Positions 28,494 through 37,705 of a stretch of DNA of 64,000 nucleotides are shown here, one piece after another. A program made the position numbers and the translations under genes. The DNA comes from an uncultured Chloroflexia bacterium (GTDB taxonomy: Bacteria; Chloroflexota; Limnocylindria; Limnocylindrales; CSP1-4), in the NCBI GenBank assembly GCA_963806175.1, contig CAWDXA010000005.1:197080-261079 (forward strand), in the 5' to 3' direction. Numbering within the stretch: the first letter of the stretch is position 1; the number at the start of each line of letters is the position of its first letter. The notes under the pieces are model-generated. The model ran no database searches. It saw nothing but the letters and a program-made list of their open reading frames with translations, and was not told the DNA's origin.

Positions 28494-29972
28494 ATGACGA
28501 CCCCCACCGCCGAGCCCTCCGCACCCACGGCTGCCCGAATGATCATCGGCGGCGAGGCCGTCGAGGCGGCCGACGGCCAGACGTTCGAGGTCGTCAACCC
28601 GGCCACCGGCAAGGTCATCGCCACGGCGCCGCTGGGCGGCCCGACCGACGTCGATCGGGCGGTCGACGCAGCGCGACGCGCGTTCGACGATCCCAGGGGC
28701 TGGGCGACGTGGGCGGCCGGCAAGCGCGGCCGAGCCCTCGCCAAGCTGGCGGCCCTGATCAAGGACCACACGGACGAGCTCGCCGGGCTCGAGAGTCGCA
28801 ATGTCGGCAAGCCCATCTCGGGGGCGCGGGGCGAGACCACCGGCGCGGGCCTCGTCTTCGACTACTACGCCGGCGCCGCCAACAAGGTCTTCGGCCAGAC
28901 GATCCCGGTCTCCAAGCCGGGCCTGGACCTGACCCTGCGCGAGCCGATCGGCGTCGTCGGGCTGATCGTGCCGTGGAACTTCCCGCTGCTGATGGCCTCG
29001 TGGAAGGTGGCCCCGGCGCTGGCTGCCGGCAACACCGCGATCCTCAAGCCGGCCAGCTACTCCCCGTTGACGGCGATTCGCCTGGCCGAGCTGGCACTCG
29101 AGGCCGGCATCCCGGCGGGCGTGCTCAACGTGGTGACCGGTCCTGGCGGATCGGCCGGTGCGGCCATCGCCGGACACCCGGGCGTCGGCAAGGTCGCGTT
29201 CACCGGGGAGACGACGACCGGCCAGGAAATCATGCGGCTGGCGTCCGGCAACGTGAAGAAGATTTCGCTCGAGCTCGGCGGCAAGAGCCCGAACATCGTG
29301 TTCGCCGACGCGGACCTCGAGAAGTTCGCGCGAGAATCGCCGTACTCGGTGTTCGACAACACCGGCCAGGACTGTTGCGCGCGGAGCCGGATCCTGGTCG
29401 AGCGGTCGGCTCACGACCAGGTCGTGGAGCTGTTCGCCGAGGCGACGCGGAAGGTCGTCGTCGGAGACCCGGCAGACCGGGCGACCGAGGTCGGCACGAT
29501 GGTCAGCTTCAAGCAGCGCGATCGAGTCAAGGACTACATCGAGATCGGGCTGGCCGAGGGGGCCACGCTCGTCGTCGGCGGTGACGAGCCGCAGGACCCG
29601 GCGCTGGCCGGTGGTGCCTACCTGATGCCGACGGTCTTCGACGGCGTCTCGAACGACATGCGGATCGCGCGCGAGGAGATCTTCGGGCCGGTCGTGTCGA
29701 TCATCGCATTCGACACCGAGGAGGAGGCGCTTCGCCTGGCCAACGCGTCGCCGTACGGCCTGTCCGGTTCGATCTGGAGCCGCGACATCGGCAAGGCCCT
29801 GCGCACGGCGCGCGGCCTCCAGTCCGGCGTCATCAGCGTGAACTCGAACAGCTCCGTCCACACCGAGGCGCCATTCGGCGGCTACAAGATGTCGGGGATC
29901 GGGCGGGAGCTCGGGATGTCGGCGCTCGACCTGTACACCGAACTGAAGAACGTCTTCATCGACCTGAGCTAG
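28494..29972 (+). CDS. NAD(P)-dependent aldehyde dehydrogenase
   Basis: The real part of ORF 28245..29972 from ATG 28494. ELGGKSP and the catalytic-Cys region GQDCCA. Confidence 0.9.
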   Translation: MTTPTAEPSAPTAARMIIGGEAVEAADGQTFEVVNPATGKVIATAPLGGPTDVDRAVDAARRAFDDPRGWATWAAGKRGRALAKLAALIKDHTDELAGLESRNVGKPISGARGETTGAGLVFDYYAGAANKVFGQTIPVSKPGLDLTLREPIGVVGLIVPWNFPLLMASWKVAPALAAGNTAILKPASYSPLTAIRLAELALEAGIPAGVLNVVTGPGGSAGAAIAGHPGVGKVAFTGETTTGQEIMRLASGNVKKISLELGGKSPNIVFADADLEKFARESPYSVFDNTGQDCCARSRILVERSAHDQVVELFAEATRKVVVGDPADRATEVGTMVSFKQRDRVKDYIEIGLAEGATLVVGGDEPQDPALAGGAYLMPTVFDGVSNDMRIAREEIFGPVVSIIAFDTEEEALRLANASPYGLSGSIWSRDIGKALRTARGLQSGVISVNSNSSVHTEAPFGGYKMSGIGRELGMSALDLYTELKNVFIDLS

Positions 29973-30001
29973 CCGCCTCGGGCGTTCGACGGGCCTCGCG
30001 C

Positions 30002-30367
30002 ATGTCGCGCGACGACGAGGTCGAGTTCGCCGCCCGGGTGGCGCCGGCCGGGCGCGGCGGCCGATCGTCCAGCTCGCGAGCGCGGCTGGTCGTCGGCGGG
30101 TGGGTGTTGGTCCTGGCCGGCGTCGCGGCTGTTGGCCTGACCGGTCACGGCGCCGTCTCGCCGGTTGGCCCGGTGCCTCCGGCCATGGAGCCCGCAGAGG
30201 CGACCGCGGGCCTGGCGATCCCCGCCGCGACGGACGCTCGCGCCACGACGCCGCGGACGACGACCAGTCCGGCCGTGGCATCGCCACACCGCAGCCTGGG
30301 TAACGACGGACTGGTCGGCGGTCTCCCGTTCGGCGACAACGTGCGCCCCTCCGACGGCCCGAGCTAG
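30002..30367 (+). CDS. hypothetical single-pass membrane protein
   Basis: 121-aa ORF with one hydrophobic segment (LVVGGWVLVLAGVAAVGL) and a Pro/Thr/Ala-rich tail. No homology recognised. Confidence 0.4.
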   Translation: MSRDDEVEFAARVAPAGRGGRSSSSRARLVVGGWVLVLAGVAAVGLTGHGAVSPVGPVPPAMEPAEATAGLAIPAATDARATTPRTTTSPAVASPHRSLGNDGLVGGLPFGDNVRPSDGPS

Positions 30368-30617
30368 ATGTGATTCACGGACACGGACACAGAGGTGGAC
30401 GAGGACTCGCGGCCGGACGGTCACGCAACTCCTCAGCTACGGACTGGTACGGACGAGATCGGCCCGGCGAACCGGGTCCGGCAGCCAGGTCCACGCTCAG
30501 CCGCAGGGCCGCCACGGCTCGATCGGCGGGGATGCGCCGCGTACCAGTCTGCTGGTGCGGATCTGCGTCGAGCGAGGTGCTCGGCTCGGGTGTCAACAAC
30601 CTGATCGGTCAGCACAG

Positions 30618-31231
30618 CTAGAGCCAGCCACCGCGACCGGGGCGCAGCTCCGGGTGTCGCAGATCGATCCAGTCGCGGAGCGCCCAGACCGTGGTCTTGA
30701 ACGCGATCTCTCGCCACGGGATCGCGTCGGGGGCGAACGCGACCACCTCGGTCGCCTCGGGTGTGGGGGCGGCCGTCCCCCCGTGATGCGGGCCTCGAAC
30801 GCGATCGTCACCACGATCGCCTCCAGTCTCGTGTACAGGCCCACGATCTCGCCCGGCTCGACGAGCAGGCCGGTCTCCTCGAACGTCTCGCGGATGGCCG
30901 CCTGGTTGACGGTCTCGTCGATCTCGAGGAAGCCGCCGGGCTGCGCCCACGAGCCGAGGCCAGGCTCGATCCCGCGCCGGATCAGCACGATCTCGCCGGC
31001 GTCGGTGATCGGCAGGGTGGTCACGACCAGGCGCGGGTTGACGTAGGCGATGTGGCCGCAGGCGGCGCAGGCGAGTCGCTCGCGATCCTCGCCGGGCACC
31101 GACCCGAACCGGAGCGGGCCGCCGCAGCTCGAGCAGAAGTTGAGGTTCTGTGCGATCCAGGACGGCACACCCGCGCCGGATGGGAGATCGGTGGAACGGC
31201 CGTCGCGGCCGCGATCGAACGCTTCCCTCAT
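30618..31231 (-). pseudogene. NUDIX hydrolase with N-terminal zinc ribbon, frame-disrupted as sequenced
   Basis: The N-part (zinc ribbon CSSCGG...CAACGH and Nudix box GGFLEIDETVNQAAIRETFEETG) is in ORF 30593..31231. The C-part (...PEATEVVAFAPDAIPWREIAF...) is in ORF 30618..30950. The junction is at the C-run 30777-30782 or just downstream of it. Confidence 0.7.
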
Positions 31232-31247
31232 CGGGCTGCCACGGCGG

Positions 31248-31700
31248 TCATGCGAGCAGGACCGCGACCGATGCCGCGATCAGGGCCGCCAACCCGGCCA
31301 GGCTGGTGGCGACCCACGCCAGCCGGAACAGGCCGCGCCCGCGATCGATCGGCATCCAGGCCCAGGCTGAGCGCCAGATCCGGAGCACGGCGTCACCCGT
31401 GGTGAGGACCAGGAGCGGAGCCGCCAGCGCCACGCACACCTTGACGAGCGGGCTGCCGAGCGACGCGCCGAGCTCGAGCGCGCTGATCGCCACCGCCCCG
31501 CAGATCAGCACGATCACGCTGAGGTTGATGTAGTGGGCCTGCAGCGGCGTGGGCACCGCCTCGGGCACGGAGCGAGGCGGGAGGCCCTGCAGGCTCGGCG
31601 GCAGCGGCGAGCCGCTGCCGCCGCGGGTCGCGGGCGGGCTCGGCGCCGTCGCCTGGCGGTCGAGGACCGGCATCCCCGGTTCCCAGCGTTCGTCGTCCAT
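31248..31700 (-). CDS. hypothetical membrane protein
   Basis: The last 150 aa of ORF 31248..32312, from ATG 31700. Three hydrophobic segments. Confidence 0.55.
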   Translation of the reverse strand: MDDERWEPGMPVLDRQATAPSPPATRGGSGSPLPPSLQGLPPRSVPEAVPTPLQAHYINLSVIVLICGAVAISALELGASLGSPLVKVCVALAAPLLVLTTGDAVLRIWRSAWAWMPIDRGRGLFRLAWVATSLAGLAALIAASVAVLLA

Positions 31701-31729
31701 CGGCCCGAGTGTAGCGAACGACCTTCGAA

Positions 31730-32186
31730 TCAGACGGAGCGGGTCTCGGTGGCCTGCACGTCGTCGAGCGCGACGGCACAGGTCGGACACCACCAGCGCG
31801 TCTCGAGCGAGGTGCCACAGGCGTCGTGATGGAACGGCTCGGCGGTCTCCGAGCGGCGCGCGCCCCAATCGGCCAGCAGGCGGAGCGCCGAGGCGAGCTC
31901 GCGTCCCTCGGCGGCCAGGGCATAGGACATCCGCGGCGGCCGCTGCTGGTACGGGGTCGCGACGACGATCCGCTCGCCGCTCGAGGCGGCGCAGCCGGTC
32001 GGCCAGGATGTTCGGCGCGATCGACGGCAGGGCCTCCGCGAGCTCCCCGAACCGGCGCGGGCCGTCGAGCAGGGCCTCCACGAGGAGCAGGCTCCAGCGG
32101 TCGCCGACGCGTTCGAGCGCGGCCTCGAGGGGCGACGGGGCGCGTCGGCGCGGCGAGGGCGCTCCGCGGACGGCCGGGTCTGGCAT
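31730..32186 (-). pseudogene. HxlR-family transcriptional regulator with C-terminal Cys/His tail, frame-disrupted as sequenced
   Basis: The N-part from ATG 32186 (...GDRWSLLLVEALLDGPRRFGELAEALPSIAPNILADRLRRLE) is in the frame of 31248..32312. The C-part (...RIVVATPYQQRPPRMSYALAAEGRELASALRLLADWG...) is in the frame of 31730..31930. The junction is near 31979. Confidence 0.7.
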
Positions 32187-32211
32187 GGCCTCGATGGTAG
32201 GCGCGGGCCGG

Positions 32212-32275
32212 AGGCTTGTCACGGTTGGGGACTTGTCATCGTCGCAAGTCAGTTGTAGATTGCAAGTCGCAAGTC
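32212..32275. promoter_or_regulatory. repeat-bearing divergent promoter region (candidate HxlR operator)
   Basis: CTTGTCA twice (32215, 32232). GACTTG-N9-CAAGTC inverted repeat (32230-32250). GCAAGTC three times (32244, 32262, 32269). Locally AT-richer. Confidence 0.35.
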
Positions 32276-32317
32276 TATCGCAGCCAACACAGCCAGGTAT
32301 CGGAGCGAGCACAACCC

Positions 32318-33217
32318 ATGAGTGTCATCGAGGAACTGCAGACAGCCGTCGCCTCCATCGCCGAACGCGTCGGTCCGTCCATCGTCGGGATCGGCCGCGG
32401 CACACGCGGGTCGGGCGTCGTGATCGGCGCTGGCAAGGTCCTGACCAATGCCCACAACCTGCGTGGCGACGAGGTCACGGTCACATTTGCCGATGGACGG
32501 CGGACACGCGGCGCCGTGGCCGGGTACGACGGCGAGGGTGACCTCGCGGTCATCGATGTCGACACCGCCGGGGCGACGCCGCTCGAATGGGGCGACGGGT
32601 CCGGCCTGTCGGTCGGGACGGCCGTGTTCGGCGCCGGGGCCAGCCATGACGGCGGCACGCGGATCACCTTCGGCCTGGTCTCCGCGGTCGCGCGCGAGTT
32701 CCGCGGCCCCGGTGGTCGCCGGATCGCCGGGAGTGTCGAGCACACCGCTCCCCTCGCGCCTGGATCGTCCGGCGGGGCGCTGGTCGGCACAGACGGCCGG
32801 CTGGTCGGCCTCAACACGAACCGGATCGGCGAGGGGTTCTACCTGGCCTTGCCCGCCGACGAGGCGCTGCGCGCCCGGATCGATGCGCTCGGTCGCGGCG
32901 AATCGCCGAAGCGGGCCCGGCTCGGCGTGGCCGTCGCGCCGTCGCACGTCGCCCGTCGCATGCGCCGGTCGGTCGGCCTGCCCGAGCGTGACGGCGTCCT
33001 CGTCCGCGGCGTCGAGGACGGCAGCCTGGCGCACGGCGCCGGCATCGAGGCCGGCGACCTGATCGTCGAAGCCGGCGGCCGGACGATCGCGGTCGCCGAC
33101 GACCTGCTCGACGCGCTCGACTCGCTCGAGGTGCCGTTCGACGTCAAGCTCGTGCGCGGCACCGACGAACGGACCGTGCGGGTGGCCGGGGCCACGCCGG
33201 ACACCGGCGAGGCCTGA
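32318..33217 (+). CDS. S1C (HtrA-like) serine protease with C-terminal PDZ-like domain
   Basis: ORF track 32216..33217. ATG 32318. Catalytic triad contexts TNAHNL, GDLAVIDV and GSSGGAL. Confidence 0.8.
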   Translation: MSVIEELQTAVASIAERVGPSIVGIGRGTRGSGVVIGAGKVLTNAHNLRGDEVTVTFADGRRTRGAVAGYDGEGDLAVIDVDTAGATPLEWGDGSGLSVGTAVFGAGASHDGGTRITFGLVSAVAREFRGPGGRRIAGSVEHTAPLAPGSSGGALVGTDGRLVGLNTNRIGEGFYLALPADEALRARIDALGRGESPKRARLGVAVAPSHVARRMRRSVGLPERDGVLVRGVEDGSLAHGAGIEAGDLIVEAGGRTIAVADDLLDALDSLEVPFDVKLVRGTDERTVRVAGATPDTGEA

Positions 33218-33232
33218 ACCGCGCGGTTGCGC

Positions 33233-33286
33233 GGCCGAGCGGCCGAACGGCCGCGCGACGGCCGACCGGCCGAACGGCCGCGCGAC
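33233..33286. repeat. tandem repeat, 27-nt unit GGCCGAsCGGCCGAACGGCCGCGCGAC, 2 copies
   Basis: Copies at 33233-33259 and 33260-33286, differing at one base. Preceded by the palindrome AACCGCGCGGTT (33218-33229). Confidence 0.8.
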
Positions 33287-33310
33287 CCGACCGGGTAGCA
33301 TCGCCTGACC

Positions 33311-34240
33311 ATGCCAGGCCAGCCGATCGCCCGGGTCGTTCTCGACGAGCGCTTCGAGCGGCTCGTCCCGCCCGACGCCCGGGTCGAACGGCTGGCCGGC
33401 GGCGCGATCTGGGCCGAGGGCCCGGTCTACGTCCCGGACGACGATGCGGTGATCTGGAGCGACGTCCGCGCCGATCGAGTCCACCGCTGGACCGCAGCCG
33501 GTGGGGACGAAACCCTGCACGCCCCGGGCGACTTCGCCAACGGCCACACGCTCGATCACGACGGTCGCGTCCTGGCCTGCGAGCACGGCCGTCGGCGCAT
33601 CGCGCGATACGAGCTCGACGGGTCGCGGACGACGGTCGTCGACCGCTACGAGGGCCGCCGGCTCAACTCGCCGAACGACCTGGTCGTTGCCTCCGACGGC
33701 TCGGTCTGGTTCACCGACCCGCCGTACGGAATCCTCGACGACACCGAGGGCTACCGGGCCGAATCCGAGCTGGGCGGCTGCTTCGTGTTCCGGTTCGACC
33801 GCGCGACCGGCGATCTGACCGTCATGAGCGACCAGATGCAGCACCCGAACGGCCTGGCCTTCTCGCCTGACGAATCGGTGCTCTACGTGTCGGACACGTC
33901 CGCGGCCCGCCTCCCCGGTGGCAACCACCACATCCTGGCATTCGACGTGGTCGACGAGGGCCGCCGGCTGGCCGATCCCCGGACGTTCGTGGCGATGGGG
34001 CCGGGACTCGCCGACGGGCTCCGCGTCGACGTCGAGGGCAACGTGTGGACGTCCGCCGGCGACGGGATCCACGTGCTCGACGCGCTGGGCGTGGAGCTGG
34101 GGCGGATCCTCCTGCCCGAGGTCGCCAGCAACTGCGTGTTCGGCGGACGCGACGGGCAACGCCTGTTCGTGACCGCAAGCTCGTCGCTCTGGTCGATCGA
34201 CGTCGCGGTCCGTGGCGTGGCAACGCCATGGGTCGGCTAG
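33311..34240 (+). CDS. SMP-30/gluconolactonase/LRE-family protein
   Basis: Six-bladed propeller family pattern (...EGPVY......WSD.......R........NG...D..G....CE...). Confidence 0.8.
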   Translation: MPGQPIARVVLDERFERLVPPDARVERLAGGAIWAEGPVYVPDDDAVIWSDVRADRVHRWTAAGGDETLHAPGDFANGHTLDHDGRVLACEHGRRRIARYELDGSRTTVVDRYEGRRLNSPNDLVVASDGSVWFTDPPYGILDDTEGYRAESELGGCFVFRFDRATGDLTVMSDQMQHPNGLAFSPDESVLYVSDTSAARLPGGNHHILAFDVVDEGRRLADPRTFVAMGPGLADGLRVDVEGNVWTSAGDGIHVLDALGVELGRILLPEVASNCVFGGRDGQRLFVTASSSLWSIDVAVRGVATPWVG

Positions 34241-34290
34241 CTGTCGACGATCCTCCCGGGGGCCGGGCCGGTGGATGGCCACGGGGTCGA

Positions 34291-34797
34291 TCAGCCGGCG
34301 TGGGTGCCCTCGGCGGCGCGGTCGGCGTCGGCGATGACCGATTCGGTCTGGCGGGCACGCCAGGCGGCGAGTCGCGATGCCAGTGCTTCATCCGACAGCG
34401 CGAGGATCGCGGCAGCCAGCAGGCCGGCGTTCGTGGCATTCCCGATGGCCACGGTCGCCACCGGGATGCCGCGTGGCATCTGGACGATCGACAGCAGCGA
34501 GTCGAGCCCGCCGAGGTGTTGCGTCGGGATCGGCACGCCGATCACCGGCAAGGCGGTCTTGGCCGCGAGCATGCCGGGCAGATGAGCGGCTCCTCCGGCG
34601 CCGGCAACGATCACGCGGATCCCGCGTGAGGCGGCGCCCTCCGCGTAGGCGAACAGGCGATCCGGCGTCCGGTGGGCGGACACGACCTTGAGCTCGGACG
34701 GGATGCCCAGTTCGTCGAGGATGACGACCGCGGCCTCGAGCACCGGGAAGTCGGAGCGGCTGCCGCCGACCGACGCCGACGATCGGCTGAGCCCCAC
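34291..34797 (-). CDS. purE: 5-(carboxyamino)imidazole ribonucleotide mutase
   Basis: ...GSRSD......[18 protein letters not shown]...[19 protein letters not shown]... Confidence 0.9.
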   Translation of the reverse strand: MGLSRSSASVGGSRSDFPVLEAAVVILDELGIPSELKVVSAHRTPDRLFAYAEGAASRGIRVIVAGAGGAAHLPGMLAAKTALPVIGVPIPTQHLGGLDSLLSIVQMPRGIPVATVAIGNATNAGLLAAAILALSDEALASRLAAWRARQTESVIADADRAAEGTHAG

Positions 34798-34812
34798 CGC
34801 CGGGAGATCCGC

Positions 34813-36009
34813 TCATGTCGCCTCCTCGTCGTGTGGTTCCATCTGCCCATCGGCCCAGCGGAGTCCGGCCCGGGCGCCCCACGCCCGCTCGAGCGCCGCA
34901 TCGACGCTCCCGGCCAGCGCGGTGAGATGCCCCATCTTGCGACGCTCGAAGACGCGCCGCTTGTCGTAGACGTGGAGGTGGACGGACGGATCGGCGAGGG
35001 CGGCCTCGGCGCCCACCAGGCGCGCCGGGCGCCGGGGCCCCGTTCCGAGCAGATTGACCATCGCGGCTGGTGAGAGCGCGCTGGGCGATCCGAGCGGGAG
35101 CCCGCAGATCGCGCGGAGGTGCTGCTCGAACTGGGAGGTCGCGGCTCCTTCGATCGTCCAATGCCCGCTGTTGTGCACGCGGGGCGCCAGTTCGTTGACC
35201 AGGATCGAACCGTCCGCCAGCAGGAACAACTCGGCGGTCAGGGTCCCGCACAGGTTCATCGCTTCGGCCAGCCGCTCCCCGATGGCGGTGGCGCGGCCGG
35301 CGACGTCGGAACTCACCGGTGCCGGCGCCACCGACTCCACGAGGATCCCCGCTTCGTGCCGGTTGCGAGCGATCGGGAACGGGGCCGTCTCACCCCGGAG
35401 GCCTCGCGCGATCACGATCGACAGCTCGCAGTCGAAGGTCAGCTCACGCTCGGCCAGCAGCGCCGAGCCGGCCGGCCGGCCGAGCCGCTCCCACGCGTCA
35501 TCGAGTGCCGACAGCTCGGTGATCCGAAGCTGGCCACGCCCGTCATATCCGCCGATCGGCAGCTTCAGCCTGATCGGGAGGCCGAGCTCGGCCGCGGCGG
35601 CACGCGCCTCGTCCAGCGACCTGACCTCGCACCAGGGTGCGACCGCGATGCCCGACGCCTCCACGAAGCGCCGCTCGGCCAGGCGATCCTGGGTCACGGT
35701 CAACGGCCGGTGGCCGGGCCTCACGGGCAGCCGGGTCTCGAGCGCGGCGACCACGTCCGCCGCCACGTGCTCCAGCTCGTACGTCACGACGGCACTTCGG
35801 TCGGCGAGGCGGAGTGCGGCACCGACGTCCTCGTACGAGCCGACGACGACGTGATCCGCGACGGACGCCGCCGGGCAATCCGGATCCGGGTCCAGCACCG
35901 CGATCCGGTACCCCATCGCGCGCCCGGCAAGCGCCAGCATCCGCCCGAGCTGGCCGCCACCGAGGATGCCGATCGTGGCGGGCGGCAGGATCGGCGACGA
36001 GGTTTCCAT
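34813..36009 (-). CDS. purK: 5-(carboxyamino)imidazole ribonucleotide synthase
   Basis: ATP-grasp enzyme with N-terminal IGILGGGQLGRM. Sits directly upstream of purE. Confidence 0.9.
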   Translation of the reverse strand: METSSPILPPATIGILGGGQLGRMLALAGRAMGYRIAVLDPDPDCPAASVADHVVVGSYEDVGAALRLADRSAVVTYELEHVAADVVAALETRLPVRPGHRPLTVTQDRLAERRFVEASGIAVAPWCEVRSLDEARAAAAELGLPIRLKLPIGGYDGRGQLRITELSALDDAWERLGRPAGSALLAERELTFDCELSIVIARGLRGETAPFPIARNRHEAGILVESVAPAPVSSDVAGRATAIGERLAEAMNLCGTLTAELFLLADGSILVNELAPRVHNSGHWTIEGAATSQFEQHLRAICGLPLGSPSALSPAAMVNLLGTGPRRPARLVGAEAALADPSVHLHVYDKRRVFERRKMGHLTALAGSVDAALERAWGARAGLRWADGQMEPHDEEAT

Positions 36010-36053
36010 CGGCCGGAGTGTAGGCGGCGCGGGACCGGGCTACCCTCTCGGTC

Positions 36054-36596
36054 ATGCTCCGCGAGTCAGCTCGCCCGGTCCGCCACGTCGTCCTGGTCGG
36101 CCTGATGGGTGCCGGGAAGACGACGGTGGGGCGGCGCCTGGCCGCTCGGCTGGGCTGGTCCTGGCACGACTCCGACATCGAGATCGAGGCGGCCACCGGC
36201 CTCACCGTCCGCCAGCTGCGCGATCGCTCTGGCGTGGAGGCGATGCATGACCAGGAGGCGGCGCAGCTTCTCCGCGCGCTTGCCGAGCCCGGTCCGAGCG
36301 TGATCAGCGCGGCGGCCAGCGTCGCCGACTCCGAGACGTGTCGTGCGGCCCTCACGGCATCGGACCTGGCGGTCGTCTGGCTCCGCGGCTCGCCCGAGGT
36401 CCTGGCCGGGCGCTTCGCAACGAGCGCTCACCGGCCGGCCTATGGTGCCTCGCCGAAGGCCTTCCTCGAGGACCAGGCGCAACAGCGCGAGCCGCTCCTC
36501 CGGTCCATCGCTTCGATCGTGATCGACGTCGACGAGATCGATCCCGAGGAGGCGGTCGTACGGGCGATGGAGGCACTCGGTAGGATCGCCCCATGA
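36054..36596 (+). CDS. aroK: shikimate kinase-like P-loop kinase
   Basis: VVLVGLMGAGKTTVGRRLA...DSD pattern of shikimate kinases. Not next to other aro genes, so the substrate is less certain. Confidence 0.7.
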   Translation: MLRESARPVRHVVLVGLMGAGKTTVGRRLAARLGWSWHDSDIEIEAATGLTVRQLRDRSGVEAMHDQEAAQLLRALAEPGPSVISAAASVADSETCRAALTASDLAVVWLRGSPEVLAGRFATSAHRPAYGASPKAFLEDQAQQREPLLRSIASIVIDVDEIDPEEAVVRAMEALGRIAP

Positions 36597-37663
36597 TCGT
36601 CCGGATGCCGCTCATCCTCGACGTCGACACCGGGATCGACGACAGCCTCGCCCTGCTCTATGCGGCGGCGTCGGACGACGCCGAGCTGGTCGCCGCCACC
36701 TGCCTGTCCGGCAACGTCGAGGCGCAGCAGGTCGGCATCAACACCCGCGCCGTCCTCGAGCTCGCGGGCCGGACCGACGTCGAGGTCGCGCTCGGCCGCG
36801 AGGTCCCGCTCGTCCGGCCGCTGGAGACCACCCCCGAAACCCACGGTCCGCAAGGGCTGGGCCATGCCGAGCTCCCGCCGCCCAGCCGGGCGCTGTCGGG
36901 GCGGCACGCGGTCGACCTGATCGTGGAGGAGGCCCGCCGCCGACCGGGCGAGATCATGCTCGTGACCCTGGGTCCCCTGACCAACCTCGCCCTTGCGCTC
37001 GAGCGCGAGCCGGACCTCCCGCGACTGCTGCGCGGCTACACCCTGATGGGCGGGGCCTACGGCGTCTCCGGCAACACGACGCCAACCACCGAATGGAACA
37101 TCCACTGCGACCCGGAAGCCGCGAAGATCGTGTTCGCCGCGTGGGGCGCCGCGACGGCTTCCGATCCCTCGATCGAGCGGCCGCTCGCCCTCGGTCTCGA
37201 CGTCACGGAGCGGGCCAGGATTCTTCCGGACCATGTGGTGCGGCTCGCTCGCCGGGCCGGCAGCAGGCCGGACGATTCGATCGCGCTGGCGCACGGCGAA
37301 GACCCGATGCACGCGACGCGTTCGGTGGCGAGCAACCCGATCGTCCGCTACGTCGCCGACGCGCTGCGCTTCTACATGGAGTTCCACGCCCGGTACGACG
37401 GCTTCTACGGGGCATTCATCCACGACCCGCTGGCCGTGGCCGCGGCGCTCGATCGTTCGCTGGTGACGACCGAGGCCCTCTACGTCGACGTCGAGACGAC
37501 CGGCGAGCTGACCGCCGGGATGACCGTCGCCGATCGTCGCCGGCTGACCGGGAAGGCGCCGAACCTCGACGTCGCGCAGACGGCAGATGTGACGACCTTC
37601 CTGGATCGGCTCATCGAACGCGTCGGAGGGCTGGCGGCGGACCGCCCCGACGTGTCACGCTAG
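36593..37663 (+). CDS. nucleoside hydrolase (IUNH family)
   Basis: N-terminal DVDTGIDDSLAL aspartate cluster. ATGA overlap with the kinase gene. Confidence 0.85.
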   Translation: MIVRMPLILDVDTGIDDSLALLYAAASDDAELVAATCLSGNVEAQQVGINTRAVLELAGRTDVEVALGREVPLVRPLETTPETHGPQGLGHAELPPPSRALSGRHAVDLIVEEARRRPGEIMLVTLGPLTNLALALEREPDLPRLLRGYTLMGGAYGVSGNTTPTTEWNIHCDPEAAKIVFAAWGAATASDPSIERPLALGLDVTERARILPDHVVRLARRAGSRPDDSIALAHGEDPMHATRSVASNPIVRYVADALRFYMEFHARYDGFYGAFIHDPLAVAAALDRSLVTTEALYVDVETTGELTAGMTVADRRRLTGKAPNLDVAQTADVTTFLDRLIERVGGLAADRPDVSR

Positions 37664-37705
37664 ACGGAGAGGGGTCAATCGCCGATCGGGACCGCGCCGG
37701 TCGGG

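Noticed and set aside
30776-30784. Programmed -1 ribosomal frameshift at the heptamer G GGG GGA in the NUDIX gene.
   Set aside because: The heptamer fits the X XXY YYZ form. I see no obvious downstream stimulatory structure, however. A homopolymer indel or two single-base insertions explain it equally well. NUDIX genes are not known to use -1 frameshifting.
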